From contig MCFE01000384.1 in NCBI GenBank assembly GCA_002104905.1, positions 19,850 to 83,849 on the forward strand: DNA of 64,000 nt, given 5' to 3'. Shown one piece after another: positions 50,963 through 59,348 of the stretch (positions are counted from its first letter, which is position 1; each line of letters starts with the position of its first letter). The notes under the pieces were generated by a model. It worked only from the letters and a program-made list of their open reading frames with translations. It had not been told where the DNA came from and made no database searches. Source of the stretch: Basidiobolus meristosporus CBS 931.73 (Eukaryota; Fungi; Basidiobolomycota). The translations under genes and the position numbers were made by a program.

Positions 50963-51406
50963 ATGAAGTTCTCTTTCAGCAATCTCTCACTGGCCACTGT
51001 TCTTGGTGTCCTTTTCCTTGGAACCACACTCTCCCTTCCCCATGGTCAGGCTGCTGCAGGTACCAGTAAAGTTCAGAAGAGAGGCTACTCATCCTATGAC
51101 TATGATGATTGCTGTGACCCCTGCTATGATCCTTGTTATGATGATTGCTGGGATCCCTGCTATGATCCTTGTTATGATGATTGCTGGGATCCCTGCTGTG
51201 ATCCTTGCTATGATCCTTGCTATGATGACTGCTGTGATCCCTGCTGTGATCCCTGCTGTGATCCCTGCTGTGACCCATGCTGTGATCCTTGCTGTGACCC
51301 ATGCTGTGATCCTTGCTGTGACCCTTGCTGTGATCCCTGCTATGATCCTTGCTATGATGATTGCTGTGACCCATGCTGGGATGATTGCTATGATGACTGC
51401 TGCTGA
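50963..51406 (+). CDS. Secreted Cys/Asp tetrapeptide-repeat precursor, copy 1 (147 aa)
   Basis: Signal peptide MKFSFSNLSLATVLGVLFLGTTLS, propeptide ending KR, GYSSYDYDD, 24 x C-[CYW]-D-[PD], CC-stop; AATAAA at 51513. Confidence 0.8.
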   Translation: MKFSFSNLSLATVLGVLFLGTTLSLPHGQAAAGTSKVQKRGYSSYDYDDCCDPCYDPCYDDCWDPCYDPCYDDCWDPCCDPCYDPCYDDCCDPCCDPCCDPCCDPCCDPCCDPCCDPCCDPCCDPCYDPCYDDCCDPCWDDCYDDCC

Positions 51407-51920
51407 GTTGGGTAGCCTAAAGTGCCCACAGCTAGAATTAGCAATTGCCAGTGCTGCAAGTTCTACTGTGCTGGTTTTGCATCACCTAAATTACTCAATG
51501 CCTACAATTTTGAATAAAGTCAATCATGTTAGCTGATATGTGTATACAATGGATTATGATTTCAGGGATCAGCATATGGCTCTTATTCATCAAGCACTCT
51601 CCCATGAACAGGGCATAAACAAGTGGAGTACAAAAAAGTAAGCTGCTGTTTAGGGTTAGTCAGCATATACCAACCTTTACTTGGGTAGGGGCAACAAAAA
51701 TCAGGCTGTGGTTTAAAAAATTCTTGCAAACCAGCCTACTTTTACACTACTGAGTTGACCTTCATTTCTGCCAGGATTATGGAGCTGCTGGGAATTGAAC
51801 CCTGCACCTGAAGCACTGAGGCCCAGCTCTAAACCCAATTGCCAGATATCACTACTGATAGATCTCATGGCAAATCTGATAATGCTTAGGTGGGCTACCA
51901 AGACAATCAAAGTGATAGCA

Positions 51921-52019
51921 TGGCAGCTGGGCCTGATTTACTGATGGCAGCTGGGCCTGATTTACTGATGGCAGCTGGGCCTGATTTACTGATGGCAGCT
52001 GGGCCTGATTTACTGATGG
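51921..52019. repeat. 24-bp minisatellite (ATGGCAGCTGGGCCTGATTTACTG): 4 copies here, 3 copies in each later spacer, 1 partial copy at the left array edge
   Basis: Seen at about 51921, 53141, 54335, 55540 and (single) 50764. Confidence 0.95.
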
Positions 52020-52194
52020 GACTATAGTGATCTCAGTGTCATGGAAATATATCTGAGGCACTATTAGTGGGGATGACTGACAAGGAGAAAATGTATTTAA
52101 GTCCAAATGGTCAGCACTGGTATAGCATCATCCAATCTTGCCTCAACTTATTAGTGGTCTTCCCATAAAAACTCATCTCTTTCTTTTAGCTAAA

Positions 52195-52626
52195 ATGAAG
52201 TTCTCTTTCAGCAATCTCTCACTGGCCACTGTTCTTGGTGTCCTTTTCCTTGGAACCACACTCTCCCTTCCCCATGGTCAGGCTGCTGCAGGTACCAGTA
52301 AAGTTCAGAAGAGAGGCTACTCATCCTATGACTATGATGATTGCTGTGACCCCTGCTATGATCCTTGTTATGATGATTGCTGGGATCCCTGCTATGATCC
52401 TTGTTATGATGATTGCTGGGATCCCTGCTGTGATCCTTGCTATGATCCTTGCTATGATGACTGCTGTGATCCCTGCTGTGATCCCTGCTGTGACCCATGC
52501 TGTGATCCTTGCTGTGACCCATGCTGTGATCCTTGCTGTGACCCTTGCTGTGATCCCTGCTATGATCCTTGCTATGATGATTGCTGTGACCCATGCTGGG
52601 ATGATTGCTATGATGACTGCTGCTGA
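52195..52626 (+). CDS. Secreted Cys/Asp-repeat precursor, copy 2 (143 aa)
   Basis: As copy 1, with 23 tetrapeptides. Confidence 0.8.
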   Translation: MKFSFSNLSLATVLGVLFLGTTLSLPHGQAAAGTSKVQKRGYSSYDYDDCCDPCYDPCYDDCWDPCYDPCYDDCWDPCCDPCYDPCYDDCCDPCCDPCCDPCCDPCCDPCCDPCCDPCCDPCYDPCYDDCCDPCWDDCYDDCC

Positions 52627-53391
52627 GTTGGGTAGCCTAAAGTGCCCACAGCTAGAATTAGCAATTGCCAGTGCTGCAAGTTCTACTGTGCTGGTTTTGC
52701 ATCACCTAAATTACTCAATGCCTACAATTTTGAATAAAGTCAATCATGTTAGCTGATATGTGTATACAATGGATTATGATTTCAGGGATCAGCATATGGC
52801 TCTTATTCATCAAGCACTCTCCCATGAACAGGGCATAAACAAGTGGAGTACAAAAAAGTAAGCTGCTGTTTAGGGTTAGTCAGCATATACCAACCTTTTA
52901 CTTGGGTAGGGGCAACAAAAATCAGGCTGTGGTTTAAAAAATTCTTGCAAACCAGCCTACTTTTACACTACTGAGTTGACCTTCATTTCTGCCAGGATTA
53001 TGGAGCTGCTGGGAATTGAACCCTGCACCTGAAGCACTGAGGCCCAGCTCTAAACCCAATTGCCAGATATCACTACTGATAGATCTCATGGCAAATCTGA
53101 TAATGCTTAGGTGGGCTACCAAGACAATCAAAGTGATAGCATGGCAGCTGGGCCTGATTTACTGATGGCAGCTGGGCCTGATTTACTGATGGCAGCTGGG
53201 CCTGATTTACTGATGGGACTATAGTGATCTCAGTGTCATGGAAATATATCTGAGGCACTATTAGTGGGGATGACTGACAAGGAGAAAATGTATTTAAGTC
53301 CAAATGGTCAGCACTGGTATAGCATCATCCAATCTTGCCTCAACTTATTAGTGGTCTTCCCATAAAAACTCATCTCTTTCTTTTAGCTAAA

Positions 53392-53823
53392 ATGAAGTTC
53401 TCTTTCAGCAATCTCTCACTGGCCACTGTTCTTGGTGTCCTTTTCCTTGGAACCACACTCTCCCTTCCCCATGGTCAGGCTGCTGCAGGTACCAGTAAAG
53501 TTCAGAAGAGAGGCTACTCATCCTATGACTATGATGATTGCTGTGACCCCTGCTATGATCCTTGTTATGATGATTGCTGGGATCCCTGCTATGATCCTTG
53601 TTATGATGATTGCTGGGATCCCTGCTGTGATCCTTGCTATGATCCTTGCTATGATGACTGCTGTGATCCCTGCTGTGATCCCTGCTGTGACCCATGCTGT
53701 GATCCTTGCTGTGACCCATGCTGTGATCCTTGCTGTGACCCTTGCTGTGATCCCTGCTATGATCCTTGCTATGATGATTGCTGTGACCCATGCTGGGATG
53801 ATTGCTATGATGACTGCTGCTGA
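53392..53823 (+). CDS. Secreted Cys/Asp-repeat precursor, copy 3 (143 aa)
   Basis: Same protein as copy 2. Confidence 0.8.
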   Translation: MKFSFSNLSLATVLGVLFLGTTLSLPHGQAAAGTSKVQKRGYSSYDYDDCCDPCYDPCYDDCWDPCYDPCYDDCWDPCCDPCYDPCYDDCCDPCCDPCCDPCCDPCCDPCCDPCCDPCCDPCYDPCYDDCCDPCWDDCYDDCC

Positions 53824-54587
53824 GTTGGGTAGCCTAAAGTGCCCACAGCTAGAATTAGCAATTGCCAGTGCTGCAAGTTCTACTGTGCTGGTTTTGCATC
53901 ACCTAAATTACTCAATGCCTACAATTTTGAATAAAGTCAATCATGTTAGCTGATATGTGTATACAATGGATTATGATTTCAGGGATCAGCATATGGCTCT
54001 TATTCATCAAGCACTCTCCCATGAACAGGGCATAAACAAGTGGAGTACAAAAAAGTAAGCTGCTGTTTAGGGTTAGTCAGCATATACCAACTTTTACTTG
54101 GGTAGGGGCAACAAAAATCAGGCTGTGGTTTAAAAAATTCTTGCAAACCAGCCTACTTTTACACTACTGAGTTGACCTTCATTTCTGCCAGGATTATGGA
54201 GCTGCTGGGAATTGAACCCTGCACCTGAAGCACTGAGGCCCAGCTCTAAACCCAACTGCCAGATATCACTACTGATAGATCTCATGGCAAATCTGATAAT
54301 GCTAGGTGGGCTACCAAGACAATCAAAGTGATAGCATGGCAGCTGGGCCTGATTTACTGATGGCAGCTGGGCCTGATTTACTGATGGCAGCTGGGCCTGA
54401 TTTACTGATGGGACTATAGTGATCTCAGTGTCATGGAAATATATCTGAGGCACTATTAGTGGGGATGACTGGACAAGGAGAAAATGTATTTAAGTCCAAA
54501 TGGTCAGCACTGGTATAGCATCATCCAATCTTGCCTCAACTTATTAGTGGTCTTCCCATAAAAACTCATCTCTTTCTTTTAGCTAAA

Positions 54588-55022
54588 ATGAAGTTCTCTT
54601 TCAGCAATCTCTCACTGGCCACTGTTCTTGGTGTCCTTTTCCTTGGAACCACACTCTCCCTTCCCCATGGTCAGGCTGCTGCAGGTACCAGTAAAGTTCA
54701 GAAGAGAGGCTACTCATCCTATGACTATGATGATTGCTGTGACCCCTGCTATGATCCTTGTTATGATGATTGCTGGGATCCCTGCTGTGATCCTTGCTAT
54801 GATCCTTGCTATGATGACTGCTGTGATCCCTGCTATGATCCTTGCTATGATGACCATGCTGTGATCCTTGCTGTGATCCCTTGCTGTGATCCATGCTGTG
54901 ATCCTTGCTGTGACCCATGCTGTGATCCTTGCTGTGACCCTTGCTGTGATCCCTGCTATGATCCTTGCTATGATGATTGCTGTGACCCATGCTGGGATGA
55001 TTGCTATGATGACTGCTGCTGA
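54588..55022 (+). CDS. Secreted Cys/Asp-repeat precursor, copy 4 (144 aa, short compensated frameshift)
   Basis: Reads ...CYDD-HAVILAVIP-CCDP...; two compensating indels. Confidence 0.6.
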   Translation: MKFSFSNLSLATVLGVLFLGTTLSLPHGQAAAGTSKVQKRGYSSYDYDDCCDPCYDPCYDDCWDPCCDPCYDPCYDDCCDPCYDPCYDDHAVILAVIPCCDPCCDPCCDPCCDPCCDPCCDPCYDPCYDDCCDPCWDDCYDDCC

Positions 55023-55792
55023 GTTGGGTAGCCTAAAGTGCCCACAGCTAGAATTAGCAATTGCCAGTGCTGCAAGTTGTACTGTGCTGGTTTTGCATCA
55101 CCTAAATTACTCAATGCCTACAATTTTGAATAAAGTCAATCATGTTAGCTGATATGTGTATATGATGGATTAGTGATTTCAGGGATCAGCATATGGCTCT
55201 TATTCATCAAGCACTCTCCCATGAACAGGGCATAAACAAGTGGAGTACAAAAAAGTAAAGCTGCTGTTTAGGGTTAGTCAGCATATACCTAACTTTTACT
55301 TGGGTCTAGGGCAACAAAAATGAGGCTGTGGTTTAAAATATTCTTGCAAACCAGCCTACTTTTACACTACTGAGTTGACCTTCATTTCTGCCAGGATTAT
55401 GGAGCTGCTGGGAATTGAACCCTGCACCTGAAGCACTGAGGCCCAGCTCTAAACCCAACTGCCAGATATCACTACTGATAGATCTCATGGCAAATCTGAT
55501 AATGCTTAGGTGGGCTACCAAGACAATCAAAGTGATAGCATGGCAGCTGGGCCTGATTTACTGATGGCAGCTGGGCCTGATTTACTGATGGCAGCTGGGC
55601 CTGATTTACTGATGGGTACTATAGTGATCTCAGTGTCATAGGAAATATATCTGAGGCACTATTAGTGGAGATGACTGGCAAGGAGAAAATGTATTTAAGT
55701 CCAAATGGTCAGCACTGGTATAGCATCATCCAATCTTGCCTCAACTTATTAGTGGTATTCCCATAAAAACTCATCTCTTTCTTTTAGCTAAA

Positions 55793-56223
55793 ATGAAGTT
55801 CTCTTTCAGCAATCTCTCACTGGCCACTGTTCTTGGTGTTCTTTTCCTTGGAACCACACTCTCCCTTCCCCATGGTCAGGCAGCTGCAGGTACCAGTAAA
55901 GTTCAGAAGAGAGGCTACTCATACTATGACTATGATGATTGCTGTGACCCCTGCTATGATCCTTGTTATGATGATTGCTGGGATCCCTGCTGTGATCCTT
56001 GCTATGATCCTGCTATGATGACTGCTGTGATCCCTGCTGTGACCCATGCTGTGACCATGCTGTGATCCTTGCTGTGATCCCTTGCTGTGATCCATGCTGT
56101 GATCCTTGCTGTGACCCATGCTGTGATCCTTGCTGTGATCCTTGCTGTGATCCCTGCTATGATCCTTGCTATGATGATTGCTGTGACCCATGCTGGGATG
56201 ATTGCTATGATGACTGCTGCTGA
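55793..56223 (+). pseudogene. Copy 5, frameshifted as assembled
   Basis: Frame lost after CYDP (about 56010); terminal TGC TGC TGA at 56215-56223. Could be an assembly error. Confidence 0.5.
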
Positions 56224-56899
56224 GTTGGGTAGCCATAAAGTGCCCACAGCTAGAATTAGCAATTGCCAGTGCTGCAAGTTCTACTGTGCTGGTTTTGCAT
56301 CACCTAAATTACTCAATGCCTACAATTTTGAATAAAGTCAATCATGTTAGCTGATATGTGTATAAAATGGATTATGATTTCAGGGATCAGCATATGGCTC
56401 TTATTCATCAAGCACTCTCCCATGAACAGGGCATAAACAAGTGGAGTACAAAAAAGTAAGCTGCAGTTTAGGGTTAGTCAGCATATACCAACTTTTACTT
56501 GGGTAGGGGCAACAAAAATCAGGCTGTGGTTTAAAAAATTCTTGCAAACCAGCCTACTTTTACACTACTGAGTTGACCTTCATTTCTGCCAGGATTATGG
56601 AGCTGCTGGGAATTGAACCCTGCACCTGAAGCACTGAGGCCCAGCTCTAAACCCAATTGTCAGATATCACTAATGATAGATCTCATGGCAAATCTGATAA
56701 TGCTTAGGTGGGCTATCATATGTTGTGGGTACTGGTGCAGGTGCTTGCCCAACATAGATGCACTTATATTTAGTAATCTAACATCAAGTGAGGGATAACT
56801 TATGCAATACATTAGCAGGTATTATAGCCAGCCAGCTTATGGGGTAGTACTGATCAGACAAGACCAACGGGATAAAACTGAAATAAGGGTTGTAGAGAA

Positions 56900-57800
56900 A
56901 TAAGGAAGTAGACAATATGGCAATGGGTGCATCTGCAGTGGGTGTCACTATGGCCCCACTAAAACATAGCTGCACTTGCCACCTTACACAAACAGAGCCA
57001 GGTGAGTTTGTGACACCCATTAGCTTTGCTCTGCCTTCTGAATATAGCCTGCAAACTAATAGCTCTAAAGGAGGCTCTTGGATGGATTGTGGGCATATCT
57101 CCCCTCACAACAGTATCTTATATGAGACTGGCAAAATCACAATATGCAATGATGCAACACACATAGAAAAAATGCTCCCAATACTTTATAAAGCCCAGTG
57201 AGGCCAGTAACACACTTACTGGTGAATGATGCAATGTTGTGACTTGAGAAGTTGCATGTTTCCACCTATATCAGTAATGGGGGCTTTGAGGGCTTATTGC
57301 TACATCTTGCCAAGATCATTCAGGCATGCAACCTGCTAGATATATGGTACAAATGGACAACTGACATGCAGCTGGCAACATACATCTCAGAGACTGTTCT
57401 GATAAAAGCATGTTTTAACAGTTGCATGACACTCACATTAGCAAATGCCACCATTGCAAAGTGTCCAATATGTCTGGAATCCATCACCATAGGAGGAAAG
57501 CAATGTTCACACCTTGGAAATATTTCAGTAAGTCCCCATCTAAGGAGGTTCATGCAGTCCAACTACTATTGTTAAGTAATAAAGTACTGCACTCATTATC
57601 AATCAAGCACAAACATTTCCAAAATATTTGAAGGCACACATTACAAACATCCAAGAAGCAAGTGCTACCTTGAAGGTAAGAATGATAATGACTTTGCCTT
57701 GGCACTTGATGGATTTTCATCCAACAGGGTTGCAACCAGCAAATCCTCCTGGCCACTCAGTCTCATCAACCATAATTTGCTCCCAATCTTACAATAACAG
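56900..57800 (+). mobile_element. Heavily decayed Ty3/Gypsy-like pol relic (RNase H and integrase fragments)
   Basis: Fragments GASAVG..LTQ..PISFA (RT/RNaseH 'DAS..G..L.Q..PIAF') and PWHLMDFHPTGL (integrase 'PW..MDF.TGL'); weak. Confidence 0.4.
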
Positions 57801-58518
57801 AGCCAAAATTTGATAGTAGTCTCATTGATATCTGGTCCCAAGTTATGCGCTAACCTAGATGGCTACCTGTATCCATTGGAGGGTGAGTCTTGTATGCTAT
57901 TTGGTGGGATATCACTAAATGGTCATTATGCTAAGGTTTGTATTATTATTTACTTTGGAGATACCTGGCCATCAGTAAGATAGTTGGCTTTCTGTGCACA
58001 ATTGACAGTATTGTTGTTGAATGTGTGAGATCCAGGGGATTTGCTCTGTAATTCACACACATTGTTGTTATCCCAACACCAAGGTCAAGAGTATGATCTT
58101 CTGAGAAAGAATGTCCAGAAGTCAGCATGCAACTTCAGCAAGTTGACAAGCTATAAGTCTTTAGCCAGAATATGGAATTAATCAAAAAACAGAGATACTC
58201 AAGGTACAACTAATCTGTTGGAGCAAAAGCTTTCACCTGAGAGCAAGGCACTTTGGCTTCAGTAATATCCCTTTCCTAATGACAAAGTTGTACATGGGAA
58301 ATTGCATCTCAATGAGCCCTTTGAGATACCAGAGAAGTTTGAAAGGGATGGCAAGATGTTACAGAGTGTTTGCTACCCTTTGTACTTCTTATGGGCTCCT
58401 ATCAACACTCATATACATATGCAACAATGCAAGTGCAATGACTGGATGAACTGGATAAGTATTTATTCTGGTGGTCTTCTGAAGCATCTCTACTAAGAAT
58501 ACATTGGAAGTCATATGT

Positions 58519-58800
58519 GGACATTAAAGGAATACTTATCCAGAAGCAGATCACCAATGCCAACTTGACACATTTACAGGCAGCTATTAAGAAAACTCTA
58601 CTACAGTATGCTAGATTTCTCTTGGTCACAGGCCAATTTCTACACCATTCAATACAAAATTCACACAAACAAGAGCCAGAGCACACCTATAAGGGAGACT
58701 AGAATCCAGCAGGGAGAAGGAATATATTGGCTTAGTACCAAAAGGTTCTTTGCAGATATTCAGGAGTTGTTCATGGGAGAAGTGGCAGCAACCAAGCATA
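58519..58800 (+). mobile_element. Diverged repeat (second copy at about 63130-63200 and 63690-63770), possibly a non-LTR RT relic
   Basis: GGACATT..CAGAAG..GATCACCAAT and GCCAGAGCACACCTAT..CTAGAATCCAGCAGGGAGA blocks occur twice; translations include QQG[D/E]GIY. Confidence 0.35.
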
Positions 58801-59348
58801 TGTTTGCAAGATATATATGTTAGCAGTAGTACAAGGTATATGGCAACTTTGCAAGTATCACACCAAAAGACCATAAACTTAAGGTGATAGAAGTATGTCA
58901 ATTGCAGCAGGTCTGTGTGTTTGTAGAGGTTAGCAAGCTGGAGGCCATAATTTTTTTATTTGAGACCAGGGATGTCATGTGATCATCACATCTGTAGGTC
59001 ACCATACTACCATGATAATGCCATGAGATGCTTGCAATGAGGCCATCAAAACACTCTGAAGTTTTTTGTTGTATAAGGCAACTGAATATACAAGCCAATT
59101 AGATCCACTAAATAGTTGTCAAGTGCACTGAGACTGCAACAATTCTGTGCCACTCTTGGCAAATCACCAATCAAGCACCTTGATGCTTTTAGCTTTATTT
59201 GGCAGTAAAATTAGCCAAATGCCATTGTGATCCTGTCATCAGATCAAATAGTTGGTCATGGATTTCAAGCTGCTGGTATTATGAAGGCCTCCAGGCAGGA
59301 TCTTGATTGCTGATCTGGATTGGATCCACCTGCAGGTCCAAAAAATCC

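Larger units (their letters stand above)
50764..56715 (+). repeat. Tandem array of five ~1.2-kb units, each carrying the secreted Cys/Asp-repeat gene
   Basis: ATG-to-ATG periods of 1232, 1197, 1196 and 1205 bp; units nearly identical. Confidence 0.97.

Noticed and set aside
50976-51536. His/Ser/Asp 'HSKDHSRD' antisense ORFs and 'AVILAMI' alternate-frame ORFs in the array
   Set aside because: Frame shadows of the 12-bp repeat; only the Cys frame has a signal peptide, KR site, a stop at the repeat end and AATAAA.
51800-51830. Resemblance to tRNA-Sec (CCTCAGTG..GGTGCAGG..TTCAA) in the array spacer
   Set aside because: No long acceptor, D or variable arms, and the TTCAA is a T-loop rather than a UCA anticodon loop; judged coincidental.
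51921-52019. CRISPR-like array or Ace1/Mac1 copper elements in the 24-bp repeats
   Set aside because: The repeats are contiguous with no unique spacers, there are no cas genes, and they do not match HTHNNGCTGD or TTTGC(T/G)C(A/G).
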